DNA from: a plasmid
Reading direction: 5' to 3' (one strand)
DNA: 27,424 nucleotides
Sequence record: NZ_CP063322.1
Shown: one piece after another, positions 1 to 9,137 of the stretch
Layout: each line of letters opens with the position of its first letter
Numbering within the stretch: position 1 is the stretch's first letter
Notes under the pieces: model-generated
What the model was told of the DNA's origin: nothing
What the model saw: only the letters and a program-made list of their open reading frames with translations
Database searches by the model: none
Program-made: the position numbers and the translations under genes

Positions 1-1332
1 TTGCGCGACAGTTCTCACGGTAGCGCACGCCCTGAAGCTGCACCAGATTCGCCGCGCGATCGGTGTGCAAACCGTGACCTCGTTAACGCCCGCGTAGGTC
101 GGGCAACTAGCACCTGGCCGACGCCGCTCGGAGCGTCTGCAGCTCCTGCCGCTCCCAGTCCGCATGTGGCGCGTGCGCTGGCGCACGAGCGTCGCCGTGA
201 CTGGGTGACGCGCGCCGGCTCCTGCGCACCGTCCGCGCCGATGTGGACCAGTCGCGCCGGCTGGCTCGACGGGCTGGCGCGCTGGGTGCACTCCCCGGCG
301 TTCGGGCAGCTGTGCGCTGAGGCGCGGGTGTCGATCACCACGGCCACGCTGTTGTCGATCGCCACGGTGATGGCCGAGCACGCCGACCACAGCACCGGCC
401 GCCACGTCGCGGTCACCCGCGCGACAATCGCCGACAAGGTGGGCTGCGACGTACGCACCGTCACCGCCGCCTGGCGCGTGCTGAGGGCCTCCAGATGGGC
501 CGTGGAAGCGCAGCGGGGCCACGGTTCGACAAACACCCCCAGCGTCGGCCGCCGACCCTCGGTGTACCACCTGGTGCCGCGTCGCGAAGCCCGTCCAGCG
601 ACCCCACCACTCGTGCATGATTTCCACCTACCGCCGTCAGGCGGTGTTAGTTGTTCTTCTCCCGTAGGGAGTTACTCACCAAGCGTGCGCGCGAGCGCGC
701 CCGCCAACCGATGCTGCGACAAGACGCGCCAAGCACGGCCGCGGCGCGCTACCGCGCGACCGCTCGCCACCCAGAAACTGGCCGCTGGACTGGTCGCGAT
801 CACCCACGGTCTCGACCGCGCCCACATCGGTGCCATCTGCGATGCACTCACCGGCGTCGGCGTCGACCCCGTTGTGTGGTCGGCGCGTGCGGTCAACGAC
901 GCCCTCAACGCCGACATGCGCGCCCGAGGAACGACCTGGCCCGACCACATCGCCAACCCCGGTGCGTTCCTGGCCAGCCGGTTGCGACGGCTGTCCTGGT
1001 CACCCCCCGAGACTGCGCCGAAAAAGGCTGGCGGCTGCGTCGCCGCCGCCAGCATCGACCAGACGCCGCGCCCGGTGGTGCTCACCGATGCAGCGCGGGC
1101 CCGGATCACCGCCGCCCGAGAAGAGATCCGCCGAGTGCTCACCGAGCGCGCCCAACGCAGCCGTGAGGAACACACCAGCAGCCCGCCCGCCGCGTCGCCG
1201 CGTCGCGACATCGGACTGTCGGTCCAGGCATTGCACGGCGGCGCGATGAACCGACCCGCAGCAGACCACCGCGCGGTCCGCGGAGACGCGATGGAGCGCA
1301 CCGTTGAACGTTCGGGTCGACGACGCGCCTAG
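1..1332 (+). CDS. 5'-truncated DNA-binding (HTH/winged-helix-like) protein, possibly plasmid replication/maintenance-associated
   Basis: ORF open to the window edge. The segment TATLLSIATVMAEHADHSTGRHVAVTRATIADKVGCDVRTVTAAWRVLRA has a helix-turn-helix-like pattern. It sits directly upstream of the relaxase gene, as Rep/accessory genes do on actinobacterial plasmids. Function is inference only. The overlapping alternative-frame ORFs are GC-rich shadows. Confidence 0.35.
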   Translation: MRDSSHGSARPEAAPDSPRDRCANRDLVNARVGRATSTWPTPLGASAAPAAPSPHVARALAHERRRDWVTRAGSCAPSAPMWTSRAGWLDGLARWVHSPAFGQLCAEARVSITTATLLSIATVMAEHADHSTGRHVAVTRATIADKVGCDVRTVTAAWRVLRASRWAVEAQRGHGSTNTPSVGRRPSVYHLVPRREARPATPPLVHDFHLPPSGGVSCSSPVGSYSPSVRASAPANRCCDKTRQARPRRATARPLATQKLAAGLVAITHGLDRAHIGAICDALTGVGVDPVVWSARAVNDALNADMRARGTTWPDHIANPGAFLASRLRRLSWSPPETAPKKAGGCVAAASIDQTPRPVVLTDAARARITAAREEIRRVLTERAQRSREEHTSSPPAASPRRDIGLSVQALHGGAMNRPAADHRAVRGDAMERTVERSGRRRA

Positions 1333-1576
1333 TGGTTGCGAGCCGGCGCGCTGACGTTGCGGCGAGATGCCACCTCAGCCCCCTTCAGCCAACACGTCTT
1401 TCGTCATTGCTCACTCACATTTTGCGTCGTACCTCAGCTTCCCTTACGTCGCTTTCGCCGCCTCCATCCTCGCCGCTCGCCTCATCCCACGTGTTCCTTC
1501 CAACCTCCTGCTCCTGCTACCCTCAGTTCTACCACTAATAGCAATGGCACATTTGCACAAGGTGTGCGAGGCTGGG

Positions 1577-1603
1577 CGGGAGCGCGCCGTGGGCGCGCTC
1601 CCG
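1577..1603. promoter_or_regulatory. Perfect 12-3-12 inverted repeat (cgggagcgcgcc-gtg-ggcgcgctcccg) in the traA leader; candidate oriT inverted repeat or terminator/operator
   Basis: Seen directly in the sequence. It lies about 45 nt upstream of the relaxase start and follows a distinctly AT-richer stretch (about 1380-1560) that also holds a GCACA-agg-TGTGC mini-palindrome. MobF plasmids carry oriT, with an IR next to nic, upstream of the relaxase gene (established knowledge). The assignment to oriT is inference. Confidence 0.4.
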
Positions 1604-1647
1604 CGAGGTCGGTGGTGGTTACGTTTGGGCGGGAGGTGTGCGGTTCG

Positions 1648-4600
1648 GTGTTGACGATCGCCAAGCTCGGGGCGTGGTCGGTGTCGTACTACGTCGACAC
1701 CGCGCGTTCGGCGGCTGCGGCGGCACTGGAATCGCGGGCTGCCGGTGGGGGTTTGGGCGAGTACTACAGCGAGTCCGAGACGCGGCTTCCGGTGTGGTTT
1801 TCCGCCGGCCGGGACGCGGCCGCGGCGAGGGGTTTGACGGGCGCTGGCCGCGACGGCGAGAACGCCGATTTGGATGCGGTGACGCGGTGGTTGGACGACG
1901 GGGAATCGCCGTGCGGCGCGAGTGGCCGGGCGTTCGGACAGCGGGCCTCCGTGCACGGCTATGACTTGACGTTCTGCGCCCCGAAGAGCGTGTCGCTGAT
2001 GCGCGGTCTGGGCAACGACGTGACCGGTAAAGCGGTCGCAGATGCGCACGCCTTCGCGATCACCGAGGCGATGGAGTATCTGGCCGAACACGGGGGCTAC
2101 ACCCGTGTGCACAACCCGCGCACGGGTGAGAAGGATCTGGTGCGGTTACCGGGGATCGTGGCGGCCGGTTTTCAGCACGAAACCTCGCGGGCCGGGGACC
2201 CGCATCTGCACACCCACGTGTTGGTCCCGAACCGTCAGGCGCGTGCGGATGGGCGGCTGGTGTCGCTGGACGGGACGAGTCTCTATCACGAAGCGAAGGC
2301 CGCCGGGATCATCTACCAGGCCACGCTGCGGCGGGAGCTGACACGTTCGATCGGCGTGGAGTGGGACGACGTCGATCCGCACACCGGGATGGCCGACATC
2401 GCCGGAGTGAACCGCGCCGAGCTGAGGTCGTGGTCGACGCGGTCCACGCAGCTGCGCGAGTGGGCGGCGGGGCATCTGCGCCTCGGCGGCGATGACGAGC
2501 TGTCCGCGGGGCAGTTGGCGACCGCGCAGAAGGCCACCCGGCCACGGAAACCCGAAGGTGTCGCATGGGCGGCGCTGCGTGTCGCATGGGCCGATGACGA
2601 CCGCACATTTCGGGTCGACGAGACCGTCCAGCAGGCTGCGCGAGAAGCGCGTCGGGCTGCCGGTGTGGACTACGCGGAGGTGGTGCGTCGCGCGGTGTCG
2701 CACGGCCTTACGAAGGCGGCGTTCACACGTGCGGATCTCGTCGAGGCGATCGGCGCCAGGTTGCCTGTCGACGACGCCGATGGACCGTCGCCGCGGGAGG
2801 TGATCGAGCGCCTCGCCGATGGTGTCGCATTGCGCATCGGAGACGAACGGCAAGCGCATCAACGGGAGGGGTCGATCCGCTACACCGCCGCCGATCTGGT
2901 CGCCGAAGAACGCGCCGTCATCGAGCTGATGGGCCGCCGCGACAGCGCCGCGGTGTTGCCGTCTGTGGACACCACTGGACTGTCGGCGGATCAGGCCCGC
3001 GCCGTCACCGCCATCGCGACCTCGCAGCGGCTCGTACAGCCTCTCAGCGCCCCGGCAGGGGCCGGGAAAACCCACTCCCTGCGAGCGTTGCGCGCTGCGG
3101 CGCACGATGCCGGGAAACGCGTTCTGGTGGCCGCTGCGACCGGGCGTGCGGTCGACGTGGCGGTGCGCGAGCAGGCCGGCGACCACGGGGCCACCCTGGA
3201 CGCGGTGTTGGGCCGCCTCGAGCGCGGCACCGAGGTCCTCGACGTCGACACCGTGGTCGTCGTCGACGAGGCAGGCATGGTCGGCACTCAACACCTGCGC
3301 CGGTTGCTGGAGGTGGCCACCAGCGCCGGCACCAAGGTCGTGTTGGTTGGTGATGAGCACCAGCTGGCGCCGGTCGCGCAACGCGGCGGCACCTTCGCCC
3401 AGCTGGTCACCGATCTGCCGTGGGCGCAACGCCTGTCGCAGGTGTGGCGGATGCACGATCACGACGAGCGCGACGTCTCGCTGGCGGTCCGCGACGGTGG
3501 GCCGGCGGCGTTGCGCCGCGCGGTGGGCTGGTACCGCCGTCACGAGCGGCTGCACTGCGGGGATCAGGTCACCATGGCCGATGACGCCGTGGCGGCCTGG
3601 CGGGCGGACGTCGTCGCCGGCCGTGACGGTCTGTTGATCGCCGATCGGTGGGAGATGGCCGATGCGATCAACATCCGCATCCACTCCGAGCGAATCGGCG
3701 ACGATGCGCCCACCGTGGCCGCCGCGCGCGGTCACCGCGTCGCGGTCGGCGACGTGGTGATCACCCGACAGAACACCACCGACATCCCCACCCGCACCGA
3801 CCGTGGTGCCGACGCCGATCCGGTTCGCAACGGACAACGCTGGGAGGTCCTCGCCGTCGACCCCGATGTGGGGCGGGTCGCGGCGCGGCGTCTCGACGAC
3901 GGCGCGATCGCGGTCCTGTCGGGCGATTACCTGCGCCAGTACACCCATCTGGGGTACGCGGTGACCGTGCACGCCGCCCAGGGCGTCACCGCCGACACCT
4001 GCCACACCCTGCTGTCGGCCGAGGCCGCGACCCGCTCGATCGCCTACGTCGGTCTGACCCGCGGCCGGCATACCAACACCGTGCGCCTCTACGACACCCG
4101 AGCCGGGGAAGCCGACCACGAACACGCCGACCCCACCGCCACGGGTGTCCACGCCGCGCGCCGGGGCACCCCGGCGCAGGCCGCGACCGCACTGCGCAGC
4201 GTCCTGGGCCGCGACGACCGCGCCGCCACCATCACCGCGGCCGCGGCCGACGAGGACCGGCTTCCCGACCAGGTAGCCGAGCTGCGCCGCCACCACCGCA
4301 CCGTGACCGCGCGGCTGCACCGCGAACACCGCGGCGACCGCCACGCCGCCCACGACCGCAGCGCGCAGGACCGCGCGCACGCCTCGGACCGGGCGCTCGT
4401 CGAGGTCCTGGCCGCCGCCGCCCGCTACGGCACCCCCCTGCCCTCCTCGCAGCTGCGCAGCGACCCGGTGGCCGTGGCGCTGTCGGCTCCCTACGTCGTG
4501 ACCACACTGGCCGCCGACCGCTACACCGCCGACCTCGCCGACACGGTGCGCCAGGCCGCCGCCGGCACCGACCGGCGCTACGTCCAGATCGCCGCCGCAC

Positions 4601-4986
4601 CGTCGCGTCCCGACCAACGTCGCCTCGATCGGTTCGCCGAACGCCTGCCCGCACATCCCCCATCGCCGAGGGAGGTCGTGGTCGTCGAGGACGCCGCGGC
4701 CGCCGACCCGGCGCATCTCGCGGCGGTGGCCACCGCCCTGGTCCCCGTCCGCGGTCGGCTCCTGCTCATCGACAGCGGCGCGCCCGGCCCCGGCCGCCGG
4801 CTCCTCGACGGACTCGCTCTACCCTGGTCTGAAAACGCCCGTCCCACACCGGATGTCGCCGACCCCGCACTAGCGTCAGTCGCGGATCGTCACCGCGAAT
4901 CGGCCGCCCGCAGCTGGCGCATCCTCACCACCCCACTCACCCGCGATCGCGGACGCGAGCGGGACCACGGACTGGACATCGATTAG
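1648..4986 (+). CDS. traA: MobF-family conjugative relaxase/helicase (TrwC/TraA-like)
   Basis: N-terminal TrwC relaxase motifs: LTIAKLG...SYYVD (catalytic Tyr region), HGYDLTFCAPKSVS, and a 3-His motif HLHTHVLVPN. The central RecD-like helicase has Walker A APAGAGKTHS and Walker B VVVVDEAGMV. The C-terminal tail is long and Ala/Arg-rich. Start chosen at GTG about 1648 (alternatives 1636/1651), with a GGAGG about 11 nt upstream. The ORF is open from 1336, but the upstream part looks non-coding. Confidence 0.9.
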   Translation: MLTIAKLGAWSVSYYVDTARSAAAAALESRAAGGGLGEYYSESETRLPVWFSAGRDAAAARGLTGAGRDGENADLDAVTRWLDDGESPCGASGRAFGQRASVHGYDLTFCAPKSVSLMRGLGNDVTGKAVADAHAFAITEAMEYLAEHGGYTRVHNPRTGEKDLVRLPGIVAAGFQHETSRAGDPHLHTHVLVPNRQARADGRLVSLDGTSLYHEAKAAGIIYQATLRRELTRSIGVEWDDVDPHTGMADIAGVNRAELRSWSTRSTQLREWAAGHLRLGGDDELSAGQLATAQKATRPRKPEGVAWAALRVAWADDDRTFRVDETVQQAAREARRAAGVDYAEVVRRAVSHGLTKAAFTRADLVEAIGARLPVDDADGPSPREVIERLADGVALRIGDERQAHQREGSIRYTAADLVAEERAVIELMGRRDSAAVLPSVDTTGLSADQARAVTAIATSQRLVQPLSAPAGAGKTHSLRALRAAAHDAGKRVLVAAATGRAVDVAVREQAGDHGATLDAVLGRLERGTEVLDVDTVVVVDEAGMVGTQHLRRLLEVATSAGTKVVLVGDEHQLAPVAQRGGTFAQLVTDLPWAQRLSQVWRMHDHDERDVSLAVRDGGPAALRRAVGWYRRHERLHCGDQVTMADDAVAAWRADVVAGRDGLLIADRWEMADAINIRIHSERIGDDAPTVAAARGHRVAVGDVVITRQNTTDIPTRTDRGADADPVRNGQRWEVLAVDPDVGRVAARRLDDGAIAVLSGDYLRQYTHLGYAVTVHAAQGVTADTCHTLLSAEAATRSIAYVGLTRGRHTNTVRLYDTRAGEADHEHADPTATGVHAARRGTPAQAATALRSVLGRDDRAATITAAAADEDRLPDQVAELRRHHRTVTARLHREHRGDRHAAHDRSAQDRAHASDRALVEVLAAAARYGTPLPSSQLRSDPVAVALSAPYVVTTLAADRYTADLADTVRQAAAGTDRRYVQIAAAPSRPDQRRLDRFAERLPAHPPSPREVVVVEDAAAADPAHLAAVATALVPVRGRLLLIDSGAPGPGRRLLDGLALPWSENARPTPDVADPALASVADRHRESAARSWRILTTPLTRDRGRERDHGLDID

Positions 4987-5242
4987 CCCCCGACCACGTC
5001 GGACCAGATGTCTCGTCGCCGATGTACAACCTGCTCAGTCTGAAAGTGAACTCGCCCAAAGGGCGATCGGGCGGGATCACCGACACCACCGACTGCGACC
5101 GCAACTCGTCACCCCCGGCCGTCTGAAGGTGGTCGTCCGCCAGAGTGATGATCTGGCCGTCGGCGACCACCGGCTCAAAAGTGACAGCAAAGTGATCAAC
5201 GACGTCTGTGGTGACGGGTGAGCGTCTGGAAACGGGCATCAT
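4937..5242 (-). CDS. Hypothetical small protein (about 101 aa), weak call
   Basis: ORF with a tandem ATG-ATG start in a lower-GC stretch between traA and the GGDEF gene. GC3 is moderately high. No recognisable motif. It overlaps the traA 3' end by about 50 nt (convergent). Confidence 0.2.
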   Translation of the reverse strand: MMPVSRRSPVTTDVVDHFAVTFEPVVADGQIITLADDHLQTAGGDELRSQSVVSVIPPDRPLGEFTFRLSRLYIGDETSGPTWSGANRCPVRGPARVRDRG

Positions 5243-5248
5243 GGGCCG

Positions 5249-6370
5249 GTGCGGGAACAGGAGGCGTTGAGCGATGATCACTATCACTGGCTGACCTCGC
5301 TGGTGACAGCTCGCCACCTCGAGAAGCCCACCTGCCGCCTGATCGCGGCGACGGCGTTCCTGTTCGGCGTCATTCCCCTGCTTCTGATCACCCACCAACC
5401 AGGGCCGTACACGGCGTGGCGTGTCGGGGTTGCGTCGGCAATCACCTTGTGCACCAGCGTCATCGCCGTCATGTGGGCGACGCGATGCTGGCCGACCCGC
5501 GGGCAGTCCCGCGCCAGTGCAGTGGTCGCGACGGCGTGCGTGGCCGCTGCGGTGGCGGTGATCCCCGACCCGCTGGTCGCCGCGCTGGGCGCCATGGCCT
5601 TCGCCGGGCCGGCCGGGTTCACCGCGCTGTTTCACACCCGTCGACTGCTGGCCGGCACCTGGGCGGTCGCGGCGGCTACCGTGGCCCTGGCTACCTGGCG
5701 CCTCGCGACAGCGCAACCCCTTCTCGCGGCTGCGGTCCTACCACTGATCGTGTTGGTCAACATCTTCGCCGGGTTCGCCTGGCTCCTGGTGACACACTTG
5801 ACCGACGCCAAGGTGTCCTCCGCGCTGACCGACCCGCTGACCGGTGTGTACAACCGGACGGGCTTCGATGAACAGATCACCACCCTGCTCGGTGCCCGCG
5901 ACCGCAGCGATGACCAGTACCTCGTCATCGCGGCGATCGGCGTGGACACTCACGGGCTGCTGATGAGCCTGGGCCACCACGCCCAGGCCGAACGCGCGGT
6001 TATCACCGCAGCCCGTCAACTACGGACCGCCGTGCGCCGCGACACCGTGCTGGCCTACCGCGGCGACGGTGACTTCCTGCTCGCCGAGCTGTTCACCACC
6101 GCCGATCCCGCCGTGATGTTGGAGCGCCTGCGCGGCACGCTCACCGATCGCCCCGCCGAACTCTCTGCCAGTATCGGCGCCGTCAGCACCTTGCTGGCGC
6201 CGCTGAGCGCACTTCCGCCCAACGACGTCCTCGACGAACTGCTGTATCTCGCCGATCAGGCCCGCCACGGCGCCCACCGGGCCGGCGGCAACACCGTACG
6301 CACCACCATCAACCCCGCACTCACCGTCCTTGACGATGAAGACGATGACTCCGGAGCCATCGACGGCTGA
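5249..6370 (+). CDS. Membrane protein with C-terminal GGDEF-fold domain carrying a degenerate active site (GDGDF for GG[DE]EF); likely non-catalytic
   Basis: The N-terminal half is strongly hydrophobic (about 5-6 predicted TM helices). The GGDEF domain opens with DPLTGVYNRTGFDEQ. The signature reads YRGDGDF instead of RYGGEEF, and the Mg-binding DxxFKxxND segment is replaced by VDTHGLLMSLGHH. An RxxD-like RRDT precedes the motif. Start codon uncertain (GTG at 5249). Confidence 0.7.
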   Translation: MREQEALSDDHYHWLTSLVTARHLEKPTCRLIAATAFLFGVIPLLLITHQPGPYTAWRVGVASAITLCTSVIAVMWATRCWPTRGQSRASAVVATACVAAAVAVIPDPLVAALGAMAFAGPAGFTALFHTRRLLAGTWAVAAATVALATWRLATAQPLLAAAVLPLIVLVNIFAGFAWLLVTHLTDAKVSSALTDPLTGVYNRTGFDEQITTLLGARDRSDDQYLVIAAIGVDTHGLLMSLGHHAQAERAVITAARQLRTAVRRDTVLAYRGDGDFLLAELFTTADPAVMLERLRGTLTDRPAELSASIGAVSTLLAPLSALPPNDVLDELLYLADQARHGAHRAGGNTVRTTINPALTVLDDEDDDSGAIDG

Positions 6371-6553
6371 GCAAGCGGCGATTCGTTCCTGCGGATGCGG
6401 ATCAAGAGGGCAGTCGTTGCGTCCTCGGCGACGGAGCAGGTGAGTGAATCGGTTACCGCGCTGTCCGGGGTGAGGCGGCGGAATCGCGCGTTCACAGCGG
6501 GTTTCGGGGTACTCACACGTGCACGCACACATGCTGAACGGAGTGTGGGGTCA

Positions 6554-6826
6554 ATGACCGACTTGAGCCGACGCACGCATCCGGCATCACGACGTGTCAT
6601 CGACCTGGCGACCGGGATTCTCATGGGCCTGCGAGGCTGCTCGGAGCAGGAGGCGTTCAACGATCTCGTTGCCACGATGCACGAGACCGGAAGTGGGCCG
6701 GACACTCTGGCTCAAGCACTCATCGACCTCGTCACAGGTTCCCCCGCTACCTCTCCGCACCATGCTGAAGCAATCCGCCAGTGGGGTCGCCTACTGCCTG
6801 ACCGGGCGACGTACCAGTCCCACTAA
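6554..6826 (+). CDS. Standalone ANTAR-domain RNA-binding antiterminator-like protein (about 90 aa)
   Basis: SRRVIDLATGILMGLRGCSEQEAFNDLVATMHETGSGPDTLAQALIDLV matches the ANTAR consensus (..A.GILM...g.se.eAf..L...sq......l.dvA..lv). ATG at 6554 is in frame. The frame is open from 6395, which is an alternative start. No receiver, PAS or GAF domain in the frame. Confidence 0.55.
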   Translation: MTDLSRRTHPASRRVIDLATGILMGLRGCSEQEAFNDLVATMHETGSGPDTLAQALIDLVTGSPATSPHHAEAIRQWGRLLPDRATYQSH

Positions 6827-7081
6827 CGACGAATTGAGTCCCCGATTGCCACATTCTTCGGCGGAGTCCGCGCCTTCACTTCGTGGGGGTCGAGGCGCAC
6901 CACGCCGAGAAGCAACGGGGCTTGGGCTGTGCGAATGTGTCGACCGAATCGCGCAGACCGCACGATTCCTGATCACAGCCTGGCCGGGCACCCCCGAGAG
7001 TCGGAGCATCGACTCCGGCGCCCAGGGGCAACGCGACAGACACGTGACCTCGAAGAAACGACGATCGTGAACCCCCGGACG

Positions 7082-7104
7082 GGATATCGCCGACGGCGAT
7101 ATCC
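7082..7104. promoter_or_regulatory. Perfect 11-1-11 palindrome GGATATCGCCG-A-CGGCGATATCC about 30 nt upstream of the TetR gene; candidate TetR operator
   Basis: Seen directly. A related half-site (CGGTATCGGCG) follows, then a GGGAGG RBS and the ATG at 7135. TetR-family repressors typically autoregulate through 15-25 bp palindromes at their own promoter (established knowledge). Confidence 0.45.
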
Positions 7105-7134
7105 TGCCTACCGGTATCGGCGACGTCGGGAGGT

Positions 7135-7851
7135 GTGGCAGCAATGAGTCCGGCACACCGCACGCACCGTGTCAAGGGCACCCGACCCGGTCGCCCCAGA
7201 GGCCGGACATCGGAGTCGACGACGCGTCGCGACATCGTGCTCGCCGCGCGCGAGGTGTTCCTCGAAGCCGGCTACGAAGGCGCCACCCTGCAGGAGATCG
7301 CCGACCGCAGCGGCGTCAATCGCAGCGTGCTATACCACCACTTCCCCACTCGTCGAGACGTGTACGACGCCGCCGTCGCCGACGCGGGTTGCGTGCTGCA
7401 CCGCGTGATGGCGCGTGCCGCAGCCGGTCCCACCCTGGTCGAGCAGTTGACAGCCTACATCCGAGCCTCGCAACGGGAGGAGTGCCGCGACCGGCATCTG
7501 TTCCGGTTCCTCATCGCGAGCATGGTGCACGCGGCGCGGCGCCCGGAATCGCCCACCGGCGGCGGATTGAACGACGCCGCGCAGATCTTCGTCGAACGGT
7601 TGGTGGCAGACGCGGTGCGACGGGGCGAGCTGGATCCGGCCACCGAGGTTCCCGCGACGGCGGCCACCATCGCGTCCGTCCTGTTCGGTGTCGGCATCCA
7701 CTCGGGGTTCATCGGCAGTGCGGCCGCGATGGGGCATATCCGCGACCAGTTGGTGCGGACACTCACCGACGGGCTGCCCTTCGCCGACATTCCCGCCCCG
7801 ATCTCGGCGGGGCGGGGCGGGGCGACGCGACGCGATTGGAAGACGCAATGA
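7135..7851 (+). CDS. TetR/AcrR-family transcriptional regulator
   Basis: N-terminal TetR HTH: RRDIVLAAREVFLEAGYEGATLQEIADRSGVNRSVLYHHFPTRRDVY. Good RBS (GGGAGG). About 238 aa, typical length. Confidence 0.85.
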   Translation: MAAMSPAHRTHRVKGTRPGRPRGRTSESTTRRDIVLAAREVFLEAGYEGATLQEIADRSGVNRSVLYHHFPTRRDVYDAAVADAGCVLHRVMARAAAGPTLVEQLTAYIRASQREECRDRHLFRFLIASMVHAARRPESPTGGGLNDAAQIFVERLVADAVRRGELDPATEVPATAATIASVLFGVGIHSGFIGSAAAMGHIRDQLVRTLTDGLPFADIPAPISAGRGGATRRDWKTQ

Positions 7852-8023
7852 GTCCACCGATCCTCGACACGCGAAGGTTGAGGGTCGAGGTTTGCTCTGA
7901 TCGTGTCAAAGGTGCTGTGACCCGTGTTCCTATTACGTGATTCTCACGGCGGGCGGTGAAACCGTTGACCTCTGCTCCCTTTTCTGGTTGATTGCTCCGA
8001 GGCGATGTCGGAGAGGGGTTTTC

Positions 8024-8230
8024 ATGCGGCTTCGTTCGACGGTGACGATCATCGACCTCGAGTTGCGGGTGCTGGTCGCATACCGCGCCGCTGACGGCGT
8101 GTATGGAGAAGTTCCTCCGATGAGCGTCTTTGACGAGTTGCTCGATCAGCGGTTACATCTCATGGCCTCCGGTGGCGCATCGACGTATGACGGGAGTCGG
8201 GCAGCGACTTTGAGTGCCTTCTCGTTGTGA
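8024..8230 (+). CDS. Hypothetical small protein (about 68 aa)
   Basis: ATG preceded by GGAGAGGGG. Lower-GC promoter-like DNA upstream (7860-8020, with TTGACC / TTGATTGCT). No recognisable domain. Confidence 0.3.
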   Translation: MRLRSTVTIIDLELRVLVAYRAADGVYGEVPPMSVFDELLDQRLHLMASGGASTYDGSRAATLSAFSL

Positions 8231-8406
8231 GGGTGCCGCTGGCGATGTTAGTAGTGGGCGGCTTCGGCCCTCCCCAATAACGAACGTTTCGTAACGGGGG
8301 CACCCCGCTAACGCCTCTGTCGTCGTCACCTGCCGAAGCGGACACCGAGTCCGATTCGATAGCCGTCCGGCGGACGAAGTAGCTCTCCCCGAACCGCGAC
8401 GCCCGC

Positions 8407-9137
8407 TCATTCGATTTCGGAGGTCGGCGGGATGGGCGACGCGTCGTGAAACCTGTTGCCGTGCTCGAAGCGCATCTGTGTGAGAAGCCGTGAGCAGGAA
8501 CCGATTACGCCCATCGCGTACCGTCTGTGATCGGATCGGTTTTGAATGCGGTGGGCGTCTGCGTTGCGGATTGCCTGGGCGATGCCCTGAGCGAGCAACT
8601 GCCAGCCTTGTTTCTCCCCGTCAGCCAGACCCATCCGGAATTCGCCGTTGTTGCCGAAGATGGCGACGGCCAGGTCCTTTCCCACTTCGGTGACCGGGCG
8701 GCCCGCCCAGCGCCGGATTCTATCCTCGGTGAAGATGACGGCTTCCCGAGCAGCTTCCCCCAGGCCTGGCTGCGTACTTCCGGGGCGACGTGTTCCCAGA
8801 GTTCGTGGTCGATCCCCGCCTCGTCGGCGACCGGCCCCTCCTCGGCGAGGAGCTCGATCTCGGCCACTGCTGCGTCGAGCAATCCCTGGACCTCGGGGAT
8901 CGTGGCGCGGAAAAAGCTGGTAAAGGCACTGGAGTCGCCCATGGTGTACATCGACGGTGTCCATTTAGTTTTGATGAATCGCTGTGTGATGTGGTGCTTT
9001 TCGCCGAGTGCGCGAGTGAGTGCCGAGCGTGTGCGCGGCTCCCATGAGTTGAATTCGGCTGAACTCGTCGAAAGCGGTAGAGAGGCCGCTTCCTGACGCA
9101 GCGCTTTCAGTCGGCTGATGGTCTCGTCGTAGTTCAC
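8407..9137 (-). pseudogene. TIGR02391/Hypoth_Ymh-like protein gene interrupted by a -1 frameshift in a C5 (G5 coding-strand) homopolymer
   Basis: The N-terminal 130 aa read cleanly in the frame of ORF 8505..9137. The C-terminal 110 aa read cleanly in the frame of ORF 8407..8964. The switch is at + strand CCCCC 8757-8761. Adding one G on the coding strand gives the continuous ...EVRSQAWG-EAAREAVIFTEDRIRRW.... The C-terminal part (GEKQGWQLLAQGIAQAIRNADAHR) resembles the Ymh/TIGR02391 C-terminal domain (family call at low-moderate confidence). The start overlaps the resolvase stop by 4 nt, so the two are co-operonic. Confidence 0.5.

Noticed and set aside
651-1301. Multiple overlapping ORFs inside 1..1332 on both strands
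   Set aside because: GC-rich shadow ORFs. Only the long edge-truncated frame has a coherent composition.
2146-4716. 856-aa minus-strand ORF and several 300-400-aa alternative-frame ORFs (e.g. 3648..4832 +) overlapping the relaxase gene
   Set aside because: Arg/Gly/Pro-rich translations are typical of antisense and off-frame shadows in about 70% GC DNA. The TrwC/RecD-like frame carries all recognisable motifs.
5249-5270. Alternative TTG start with AGGAGG for the GGDEF gene
   Set aside because: AGGAGG is only 2 nt from the TTG, too close for an RBS. GTG 5249 is kept, with the start flagged as uncertain.
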